Of a stretch of 64,000 nt of DNA, positions 56,942-64,000 are shown one piece after another (within the stretch, counting starts at the first letter, position 1; each line of letters opens with the position of its first letter). The stretch is from Candidatus Omnitrophota bacterium (GTDB taxonomy: Bacteria > Omnitrophota > Gorgyraeia > Tantalellales > Tantalellaceae), in assembly GCA_015231405.1 (NCBI GenBank), contig JADGBR010000002.1, positions 4,642-68,641 of the forward strand. The letters run 5' to 3'. Position numbers and translations under genes: made by a program. The notes below the pieces were generated by a model, which did no database searches, was not told where the DNA came from, and saw only the letters and a program-made list of their open reading frames with translations.

Positions 56942-57633
56942 ATCTTTATCCTAAAAAGGTCCATGAACATGCTGAAGGAACTGTTAAAGACCTTGACCTT
57001 GGTGTGAGGGTCATTTTCCCATACAACGCCGGCTTCTTTTATCTTGTACCCTTTTCGCCTGAGCAGGTACAGCATCTCAACGTCGTAACAAAACCCGTCA
57101 ATTTTCATTATTTTTGCGGTTTCCCTGGCGGAAGCGCCCTTAAAAAGCTTGAAACCGCATTGGGTGTCGTTGAAATCCCCGATCAGCAGGGCTTTTACGA
57201 AGAGATTGAAGGTCTTACCCATCGTTTCCCTCAGCAATGGCTGGTGTTTAACCACTTTGGAATCACTGACATCGCGCGAACCTATTACGACGTCAAACCC
57301 CTTATCCATGAACGCTATTAACTTGTCGACCTCAGATATCGGCGTCGAAAGGTCAGCGTCGGTAACAAGCACCAGATCCCCTTTCGCGGCGAGGACACCT
57401 CTCCTCACCGAAAAACCCTTGCCCATATTCTTCTCGTTACTGATAACGATAAGTTTCCCTGGAGCGAACGGGCTTTTCTTCGCTATATCCGCCGTAGCGT
57501 CCTTACTTCCGTCGTCGACGACAATGACCTCATGGTCATATTTTTTCGAGGAAAGGAACTTATGAACAGCCGAAAGCGTCCCCCCCAGGCTCCGCTCCTC
57601 GTTATACGCAGGTATCACTACAGACAACAACAT
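56929..57633 (-). CDS. csbB: Polyprenol-phosphate sugar synthase (GT2, DPM1/CsbB-like, soluble)
   Basis: LSVVIPAYNEERSL...VIVVDDGSKDAT...TDADLSTP. Confidence 0.75.
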   Translation of the reverse strand: MLLSVVIPAYNEERSLGGTLSAVHKFLSSKKYDHEVIVVDDGSKDATADIAKKSPFAPGKLIVISNEKNMGKGFSVRRGVLAAKGDLVLVTDADLSTPISEVDKLIAFMDKGFDVVIGSRDVSDSKVVKHQPLLRETMGKTFNLFVKALLIGDFNDTQCGFKLFKGASARETAKIMKIDGFCYDVEMLYLLRRKGYKIKEAGVVWENDPHTKVKVFNSSFSMFMDLFRIKMWYG

Positions 57634-57654
57634 GAGATCTCCCTATTCAGCTAT

Positions 57655-57757
57655 CCGCATAGCGCATAGAGCAAAGCGCATAGCGTATTTGTATTCTATA
57701 TGTGGCTGGTCCCTCTTGCAATTCGTGCGCCATGCGCTCTGCGCTTTGCGCTATGCC
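57655..57757. repeat. Heptamer palindrome: CGCATAG CGCATAG AGCAAAG CGCATAG, 42-nt loop, then reverse-complement copies
   Basis: Left arm 57655-57685 and right arm 57728-57757 are reverse complements. The element fills the gap between two CsbB-like genes and supplies the last 2 codons of the upstream gene. Confidence 0.8.
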
Positions 57758-58476
57758 GAATACTCCCCCCGCAAATCCGCCATCTTGATCATTACAAGGC
57801 TCTTGAACGATCTTATCCCATCCCTAAGGGGCTTAACCTTCGACGTCAGTTTATGTTCCCACTTGACCGGAACTTCCGTCACCCTCAGCTTGAATTTTTC
57901 AGCCAGGAAAAGGACTTCCGTATCGAAAGACCAATCGTCCATTTTCTGCGCCGAAAAGAGTTTTTTCGCCGCTTCGCTCCTAAAGAGCTTGAAGCCGCAA
58001 TTAAGGTCCCGAACGGAACAGCCGAATATTATCCTCGAAAGCAATATATATACCTGCCCCATCATCACCCTCGATAACGGTTCCGGAACAATGATCTGCG
58101 AACCCCTCTCGCGCCTTGTCCCGATGGCTATGTCGGAATGTTTAATGACCCCGAGAAATTTGTCTATTTCCGATATCGACGTCGAATTGTCGGCGTCCAT
58201 GAAAAGGACGACATCGCCCCTCGACGCCATGATACCCTTACGGACGGTATACCCCTTGCCTTTATTGACCTCGTTCCTGAGGACCTTGAACTCCTTGAAA
58301 AGACGGCGGCCCGAACATGCTTCACCAAAAGTCCCGTCGCCCGAACCGTCATCGACGACTATCACTTCGCTTGAATAGTCTTTTTTTGAAAGAAAGCCCG
58401 ATATCTCCCGAAGAGTATCCCCGATATTTTTTTCCTCGTTATACGCAGGTATGACCACTGAGAGATAAATATCCAC
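57751..58476 (-). CDS. Polyprenol-phosphate sugar synthase (GT2, DPM1/CsbB-like), second copy
   Basis: LSVVIPAYNEEKNI...VIVVDDGSGDGT...MDADNST. Confidence 0.75.
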   Translation of the reverse strand: MDIYLSVVIPAYNEEKNIGDTLREISGFLSKKDYSSEVIVVDDGSGDGTFGEACSGRRLFKEFKVLRNEVNKGKGYTVRKGIMASRGDVVLFMDADNSTSISEIDKFLGVIKHSDIAIGTRRERGSQIIVPEPLSRVMMGQVYILLSRIIFGCSVRDLNCGFKLFRSEAAKKLFSAQKMDDWSFDTEVLFLAEKFKLRVTEVPVKWEHKLTSKVKPLRDGIRSFKSLVMIKMADLRGEYSA

Positions 58477-59636
58477 TATGCCCCTTTTTTAATGAATTCC
58501 GTGACCTTCTCTATGACATACGCTATTGCTTCTCCGGAAAGCTCAGGATAGACCGGCAGGGATATTATCTCATCCGATAATTTCTCCGATACCGGATAAT
58601 CTTTTTTATCGTAACCGCATGAAGCGTAACATTTCTGGCTGTATAACGGTACCGGATAATACACCCTGGCCCCTATCCCGTTCGCTTCCAGAAAATCCTT
58701 AAGTCCTTCCCGGTCCTTGACCGCTATGGTGTATTGGTGATAAGTGTGTACGTTCCCCGGCGCCACTTTAGGCGTCCTTATCGGCAGACCTTTAAATGCG
58801 GAGTCGTATTTAGCGGCTACACTTCGCCTCGCTTCGAGCCATTTGTCAAGATATCTGAGTTTCACTCTGAGAACAGCCGCCTGCAGGCTGTCCAGTCTTG
58901 AGTTATACCCCAATTCTTCATGTATGTATTGCGTCTTGCTCCCGTGAACTCTTAACGACTTTACATGGTCGATGAGATCCTTATTATCGGATATCACCAT
59001 ACCCCCGTCGCCGAAACCGCCGAGATTTTTACTCGGGAAAAAACTTAAACAGCCCGAATCACCCAAAGATCCGGCCTTTTTACCCCTATAGGTAGCCCCT
59101 ATAGCCTGGGCCGTATCCTCTATTACCTTAAGCCCGTATTCCCCGGCGATATCGAGTATCCGCGTCATATCCGCGCATTGCCCGTACAGGTGCACCGGAA
59201 TTATGGCCTTGACTTTGCCCTGCTGACCATGGCCCATGGACGATGGACCATGGACCTTGGCGTTGTGGTTCTTCAAATACTCTTCCACCTTATTTACGTC
59301 GATGTTATACGTTTCCGGATCTACGTCCACGAATACCGGCCGGGCTCCGACGATAGATATAGCTTCGGCCGTAGCCATAAAAGTGAACGGCGTAGTTATC
59401 ACCTCGTCTGCCCGGCCTATTCCGAGCGCGACGAGCGACAATATCAAAGCGTCTGTCCCCGAAGCGACTCCGGAAGCGTATTTCGTCCCGGAATAAGCGG
59501 CCACCTCATCCTCGAGCGCTTTGACCTCTTCAGATAAGATGAACTTCTGGCTGCCGATGACCCGGAGAACCGTCTCATCTATTTCTTTCTTAATGCTTTT
59601 ATACTGCGCTTCGAGATCTAGTAATGGTACTTTCAT
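58476..59636 (-). CDS. DegT/DnrJ/EryC1/StrS-family PLP-dependent sugar aminotransferase
   Basis: 386 aa. GSQKFILSEEVKALEDEVAAY, GTDAL, AIIPVHLYG and SFFPSKNLGGFGDGG motifs. It contains an in-frame heptamer-repeat insertion (HGPSSMGHGQQ). Confidence 0.85.
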   Translation of the reverse strand: MKVPLLDLEAQYKSIKKEIDETVLRVIGSQKFILSEEVKALEDEVAAYSGTKYASGVASGTDALILSLVALGIGRADEVITTPFTFMATAEAISIVGARPVFVDVDPETYNIDVNKVEEYLKNHNAKVHGPSSMGHGQQGKVKAIIPVHLYGQCADMTRILDIAGEYGLKVIEDTAQAIGATYRGKKAGSLGDSGCLSFFPSKNLGGFGDGGMVISDNKDLIDHVKSLRVHGSKTQYIHEELGYNSRLDSLQAAVLRVKLRYLDKWLEARRSVAAKYDSAFKGLPIRTPKVAPGNVHTYHQYTIAVKDREGLKDFLEANGIGARVYYPVPLYSQKCYASCGYDKKDYPVSEKLSDEIISLPVYPELSGEAIAYVIEKVTEFIKKGA

Positions 59637-59749
59637 TATTTTCCTCTCTGTTCTTTGGTTGGTTTTTATTCACCATTTTCGGGCGCGATAAATCGCGCCC
59701 CTACATCACCCTAAACTCGCTAACGAGCTCGGGCCGGGGGACCCCGCCC

Positions 59750-61561
59750 CTACTCTTCATCATACTCAAGGGCGTTCTTCTCCGCAAGATGCCGCCTGAT
59801 CTTGCCGACTGAATTCTCGACATCCTCTGGCCGTTCTATTACCAGATCCGGCTCGATATCGGTCGTGACCTTATTACCTACCCAGATAACCGTAATATTA
59901 TCGGACTCGACCGACGTCCGTATCAGATCTATGTCTTCCCGCGAGAATTCTATGGCCGTCACGATGAGTATCATCCCAGCGTCTATCATTATATGCGAAA
60001 CTTCGGCCAGACGCCTTATATGTTCTTCTTTATCGTTCCCTGCCCCCTTTATATCGGCGTCCACGCCGTAAAGCACGTTGACCATACCCAGAAAATAAAC
60101 GATCTTCCCTTCGCTGAATAGGTCTTCCTCAAGCTTCTTAGCTATCGTTTTTCTCGCCGCGTCCTTTTCTCCGGTAACGACAATGAGCCAGGGCTTCTGG
60201 CCATATCGCCTGTGCCTTAGGCGATATGGTATCGCGCTTTTCTCCCATTTAATGTCCCTCTGTATGACCTTGTCCCTTGACCATGATTGCTTATCTTTCA
60301 GCGGTTCAAGAATTATCCCCCCGCCGGCTATGTTGTTGTCCGACACCAGAACGAACCTGGATGTTTCCCGGATATCGGAGACAATGTCAAAGGACATCGG
60401 TCTCTTAAGTTTGATCACACATTCCCCTACTTTGTTCCTTAAAAGAGAATTTTCGCCTGTATCCTTATCCAAGTCTTCCGGGTCAAAGATCTTATCGATA
60501 CTCTCAAGGACCGCGCTTCCCCTGGCCGTTCCAAGCTTGAGCGTGTATTCCTTATCCTTTACCATTGGCGACTCTGACAACCAGAAAACGCTGGCCCGGA
60601 GTCGCGAAGTTACATTCGGTCTAGGGCCTTCTTTCTTAACGGCTATCTCACCCCTTTTGACGTATATTTCCTCCGCTAACGTAAACCCCGGAGAATCTCC
60701 TGCCGAAGCTTCCAGCTTCGGCGCTGAATTGAACGTCTCTATGGACTTTAGCCTGGCACATTTTCCTGAAGGCAAAAAAACGATCTCATCGCCCGCCTTT
60801 ACGCTTCCAGAAACGACCCTGCCCGCGACTATCCTTCTGGAATCACCGAATTTTGTGAATTTATAAACATCCTGCACCGGCATCCTGAAAGGCCCTTCCG
60901 TTAATACGGGGATACCATCGAAACCGTCAAGCGACTCCAAGACCGTCCGCCCGCCATACCAGGGGGTCTTTTCGCTTCTTACCGTAACGTTATCCCCCAT
61001 AAGTCCGCTTGCGGGTATGAAGGAAACCGGAACTAACCCGACTTTGTCGAGAAACCCGGAAAATTCCGATTTCACGGCTTCGAATCTGGAACGGTCGAAA
61101 GATACAAGGTCCATCTTATTTACGATGACAACGATAGTTTTTATCCCGAGAACACCTAGGAGATACCCGTGCCTTTTCGAGTTCTCCCTTACGCCTTCCA
61201 AAGCGTCAATGACAAGGAACGCCGCGTCGGCGCGAGAGGCTCCTGTCACCATATTGCGGATGAACTCCACATGCCCCGGCGCGTCGATCACTATATAATC
61301 CCTTTTTTTTGTCTTGAAGAACACCCTTGCCGAATCAATCGTTATACCCTGAGATTGTTCATCCTTGAGGGCGTCTATCAAAAAAGCGTATTCGAAAGGC
61401 CTGGAATTCAAACGGCACGTCTCCCTGACGCTTTCTAGCTTCCCCTGAGGAAGTGCCCCCGAATCGGCTAGAAGCCTCCCCAGCACGGTACTCTTCCCGT
61501 GATCCACATGCCCTGTGAACACCACGCTGAATGTGTCTCTGTCCTTTACTGCCAACTCCAT
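59750..61561 (-). CDS. cysN: Sulfate adenylyltransferase subunit 1 (CysN GTPase) with a degenerate C-terminal APS-kinase-like domain
   Basis: [14 protein letters not shown] and NKMD GTPase motifs. The C-terminal 170 aa is homologous to APS kinase but the P-loop is replaced ([11 protein letters not shown]). Confidence 0.8.
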   Translation of the reverse strand: MELAVKDRDTFSVVFTGHVDHGKSTVLGRLLADSGALPQGKLESVRETCRLNSRPFEYAFLIDALKDEQSQGITIDSARVFFKTKKRDYIVIDAPGHVEFIRNMVTGASRADAAFLVIDALEGVRENSKRHGYLLGVLGIKTIVVIVNKMDLVSFDRSRFEAVKSEFSGFLDKVGLVPVSFIPASGLMGDNVTVRSEKTPWYGGRTVLESLDGFDGIPVLTEGPFRMPVQDVYKFTKFGDSRRIVAGRVVSGSVKAGDEIVFLPSGKCARLKSIETFNSAPKLEASAGDSPGFTLAEEIYVKRGEIAVKKEGPRPNVTSRLRASVFWLSESPMVKDKEYTLKLGTARGSAVLESIDKIFDPEDLDKDTGENSLLRNKVGECVIKLKRPMSFDIVSDIRETSRFVLVSDNNIAGGGIILEPLKDKQSWSRDKVIQRDIKWEKSAIPYRLRHRRYGQKPWLIVVTGEKDAARKTIAKKLEEDLFSEGKIVYFLGMVNVLYGVDADIKGAGNDKEEHIRRLAEVSHIMIDAGMILIVTAIEFSREDIDLIRTSVESDNITVIWVGNKVTTDIEPDLVIERPEDVENSVGKIRRHLAEKNALEYDEE

Positions 61562-61573
61562 CGCTCCTCGTTG

Positions 61574-61666
61574 CTTTCAGCTATCGGCTTTCAGCTATCA
61601 GCTATCAGCTTTTAATGTAGGCTAAACACAATAAAACTGAAGGCTGAAAGCTGGAGGCTGATAGCT
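61574..61666. repeat. Heptamer palindrome, family E copy 1: (CTTTCAG/CTATCAG)x5, loop TAATGTAGGCTAAACACAAT, then CTGAAAG-type copies
   Basis: Read directly from the sequence. It lies in the cysN-cysD gap. Confidence 0.8.
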
Positions 61667-62546
61667 ACATATACCCCTCACGCCTAAGCGTCTCAAGCCC
61701 CCCACCGTCCTCACGATCCTGTGCCCTTCCCGAACGCTCGGCGATATTCGAGAATTTACCGGTCCTAAGCTCTTCGACTATTTCAGCCGGATCTTTTGCG
61801 TCGGACTCCACCGGGAAAGTGCATGGGTAGCAGCCAAGCGACCTGTATCTTTTACCGCCACCTTTACTGTAATACAATGAGACAGTAGGTATCTTTTCCC
61901 TGTCTATGTATTCCCACACATTAAGTTCGGTCCAGTCAAGAAGCGGGTGGATCCGGAGATGCGCTCCCGGGGGGAAATCGGTATTGTAATAGTTCCAGAA
62001 TTCAGGCGGCTGTTCCCCTATATCCCAGGCGTTCTCTTTATCCCTGGAAGAGAAATATCTTTCCTTGGAACGGGACCCCTCCTCGTCAGCTCTTATCCCG
62101 GCTATTATGCCCGTAAAAGGATCGCCGTTCGGATCTTGAACATACTTGCCCTTACCATGGTCAAACCTGTAACGTACACCTTCGGCGCTCAAAACCTCTT
62201 TCAGTGCCTGTGTCTTTAAAAGTCCGCAGCATGTGATACGGTCGGTTTTGCCTGCGGGATAGGAATTTCCTGACCCGATAGCAGTCTCATTCTTGCCATA
62301 GACCATATTAAGATGCCACTCACGCGTAATCTTATCGCGGTATTCGATCATTTCGGGTATTTTGTAAGAAGTGTCTATATGTATGAGCGTAAAGGGGACA
62401 TGCCCGAAAAAAGCCTTTCTCGCGAGCCAGAGAAGCACGGTCGAATCCTTCCCGATTGACCAAAGCATCCCCAAATTCTTAAAATTGGCATAAGCCTCCC
62501 GTAGAATATATACACTCTTATTTTCTAAGATATCTAAATGATTCAT
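61665..62546 (-). CDS. cysD: Sulfate adenylyltransferase subunit 2
   Basis: [40 protein letters not shown] and ETLRREGYM align with E. coli CysD. Confidence 0.85.
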   Translation of the reverse strand: MNHLDILENKSVYILREAYANFKNLGMLWSIGKDSTVLLWLARKAFFGHVPFTLIHIDTSYKIPEMIEYRDKITREWHLNMVYGKNETAIGSGNSYPAGKTDRITCCGLLKTQALKEVLSAEGVRYRFDHGKGKYVQDPNGDPFTGIIAGIRADEEGSRSKERYFSSRDKENAWDIGEQPPEFWNYYNTDFPPGAHLRIHPLLDWTELNVWEYIDREKIPTVSLYYSKGGGKRYRSLGCYPCTFPVESDAKDPAEIVEELRTGKFSNIAERSGRAQDREDGGGLETLRREGYM

Positions 62547-62549
62547 TTT

Positions 62550-62641
62550 TTTCAGCTTTCAGCTATCAGCTTTCAGCCTTCAGCTTTATTGGGGTTAGCT
62601 TACATTAAAAGCTGACAGCTGATAGCTGAAAGCTGAAGGCT
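62550..62641. repeat. Heptamer palindrome, family E copy 2 (inverted relative to copy 1, judged from the loop sequence)
   Basis: Arms TTCAGCT TTCAGCT ATCAGCT... The loop ATTGGGGTTAGCTTACATTA is the reverse complement of a near-copy of the copy-1 loop. Confidence 0.8.
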
Positions 62642-62647
62642 AAGAGC

Positions 62648-63160
62648 TTACAAGTATCTCTGAATATACTCTATCACTTTCCGAACCGACTCCTCAACAC
62701 TCTCCACGCCAGTATCAACGACCAGCTCCGGCCGTTCGGGCGCTTCATAAGGATCGCTTATGCCGGTGAACCTGTCTATCTCGCCGCACCGCGCCTTCTT
62801 ATACAACCCCTTGGCATCTCTTTTTTCGCACTCCCCGACAGAGGCCGAGACATAGACCTCAATAAAAGTCGAACATCTTTTCCTCGCGAATTCCCTGGAG
62901 GCTTTATAGGGGCTAATGAACGAAGCCAGGACGATGACGCCGTGTTTCTCCAATAACGATGCTATGAAACCGATCCTTTTTATATGCTCATTACGCTCTT
63001 TTTCCGTGAACCCCGTGCCCGGAAAAATATCTCTGACCGCGTCCCCGTCGAGCGTCTCGACCTCATATCCCTTTCCGGACAAATACTTCGCGATCTCTCG
63101 GGCAAGGGTGCTCTTTCCCGATCCGGAAAGACCGGTAAACCATAAAACGAACGGTGTCAT
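62648..63160 (-). CDS. cysC: Adenylylsulfate kinase
   Basis: WFTGLSGSGKSTLA P-loop, LDGDAVR and RDAKGLYKKARCGEI motifs. 170 aa. Confidence 0.85.
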   Translation of the reverse strand: MTPFVLWFTGLSGSGKSTLAREIAKYLSGKGYEVETLDGDAVRDIFPGTGFTEKERNEHIKRIGFIASLLEKHGVIVLASFISPYKASREFARKRCSTFIEVYVSASVGECEKRDAKGLYKKARCGEIDRFTGISDPYEAPERPELVVDTGVESVEESVRKVIEYIQRYL

Positions 63161-63177
63161 TGCCTTTTGCCACCCCC

Positions 63178-63342
63178 ATTTAGTGATGGGTGATGATATC
63201 TGTGGGATAACTTGCAGTGATGTATGACGGGTGAATGTTCATGCTGAAAACTGTCGAATATTCAGGATGACCATTGACCCCTCACTCATCACCACAGATT
63301 GCCAACTCACAACGTCACCCATCACTACAAATCACCCCTATT
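63178..63342. repeat. Long imperfect intergenic palindrome (GTGATGG-rich arms of about 60 nt)
   Basis: The left arm ...TTAGTGATGGGTGATGATATCTGTGG... matches the reverse complement of the right arm ...CCACAGATTGCC...TCACCCATCACTACAA... Confidence 0.6.
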
Positions 63343-63343
63343 A

Positions 63344-64000
63344 TTACTGACGATTCTCCCTAAACCACTCGATAGTCCGCCCGAGACTCTCCTCGATAGA
63401 CACTTTCGGCTCCCAACCGAGCTTCTCCCTGGCCTTGGTGATATCCGGCCTTCTCACCTTGGGATCGTTCTCGGGGAGAGCTTTGAATACTATCTTGCTC
63501 GATGACCCGGTCATCTTCCTTATAAGCTCCGCCATTTCAATGAGCGTCATTTCCCTGGGGTTACCGATATTGCAGGGTTCGTTAAGGTTTGAGTTCATAA
63601 GCCTTATTATTCCCTCAACAAGGTCCGATATGTAACAAAAACTTCTCGTCTGGTTCCCGTCACCGTAAACTGTCATGGGCTCGCCCTTCAGCGCCTGGTC
63701 TATGAAATTCGGCACGGCGCGTCCGTCATTGTGTCTCATGCGTTCCCCAAATGTATTGAATATCCTTATGATCTTCGTGTCTATCCCATGGGCCCTGTGA
63801 TACGCGAGGGTTAGGGCCTCGCTAAAACGTTTCGCCTCGTCATATACCCCGCGCGGCCCTACCGGGTTAACGTTGCCCCAGTACGTTTCGGGCTGGGGGT
63901 TAACGAGAGGATCGCCGTACACCTCCGAAGTCGATGCCAGGAAGAATTTGGCCTTATATTTTTTCGCTACTCCGAGAGCGTTATGCGTCCCGAGAGACCC
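63344..64000 (-). CDS. UDP-glucuronate decarboxylase / UXS-like SDR (partial; N-terminus beyond window end)
   Basis: [12 protein letters not shown] and [19 protein letters not shown] are typical of UDP-xylose synthase and the ArnA C-terminal domain. The ORF is open to the window edge. Confidence 0.75.
   Translation of the reverse strand, partial: GSLGTHNALGVAKKYKAKFFLASTSEVYGDPLVNPQPETYWGNVNPVGPRGVYDEAKRFSEALTLAYHRAHGIDTKIIRIFNTFGERMRHNDGRAVPNFIDQALKGEPMTVYGDGNQTRSFCYISDLVEGIIRLMNSNLNEPCNIGNPREMTLIEMAELIRKMTGSSSKIVFKALPENDPKVRRPDITKAREKLGWEPKVSIEESLGRTIEWFRENRQ

Noticed and set aside
59676-59697. GGGCGCGAT-aa-ATCGCGCCC 9-bp perfect hairpin between cysN and the DegT gene
   Set aside because: No U-run follows it on the minus-strand transcript, so it is not a convincing intrinsic terminator. 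It may be an RNA-stability or attenuation structure, but the evidence is insufficient.

Overview
The window is one contiguous 64-kb glycan (LPS/capsule-type) biosynthesis and decoration super-cluster. Fifty-five of 56 predicted genes lie on the minus strand. Many adjacent genes overlap by 4 nt at start and stop (ATGA), which indicates long, translationally coupled operons. No rRNA, tRNA, CRISPR array, transposase or integrase was recognised.

Recognisable modules:
(i) A nonulosonic-acid (legionaminic or pseudaminic type) pathway: NeuB-, NeuC- and NeuA-like genes, a DegT aminotransferase, a hexapeptide acetyltransferase and an SDR dehydratase. It is coupled to an acetamidino-forming trio: a WbpG/WbuX-like PP-loop amidotransferase with HisH- and HisF-like subunits. 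Two extra AsnB-like amidotransferases sit next to it.
(ii) A contiguous gene set that matches the Campylobacter jejuni O-methyl-phosphoramidate (MeOPN) pathway Cj1415-Cj1418: a PEP-synthase-like kinase, a class-I GATase hydrolase, a nucleotidyltransferase and an APS-kinase-fold kinase. SAM methyltransferases and a CDP-alcohol phosphotransferase are embedded among them.
(iii) PAPS synthesis genes CysD, CysN and CysC. The CysN carries a degenerate C-terminal APS-kinase domain.
(iv) Lipid-carrier sugar modification genes: three DPM1/CsbB/ArnC-like GT2 proteins and four GT-C membrane transferases, including a YfhO-like protein.
(v) Many GT2, GT4 and GT9 transferases, at least six SAM methyltransferases, two radical-SAM enzymes (one B12-binding), two SGNH esterase-like proteins, a Wzx flippase and a TagF-like phosphotransferase.
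(vi) Out-of-context genes: an RtcB-like ligase, a PilZ (c-di-GMP) protein, a formyltransferase fused to a NodB deacetylase, and a GT4 fused to an HPr-kinase-like P-loop domain.

The most unusual non-coding signal is a family of intergenic imperfect palindromes, 45-165 bp long. In five of six loci (all but the 165-bp 63178-63342 one) the arms are tandem heptamer repeats, for example (GTGGGAC)x4 facing (GTCCCAC)x4. Each locus uses a different heptamer. One heptamer family (GACCATG) also occurs as in-frame insertions inside two coding genes.
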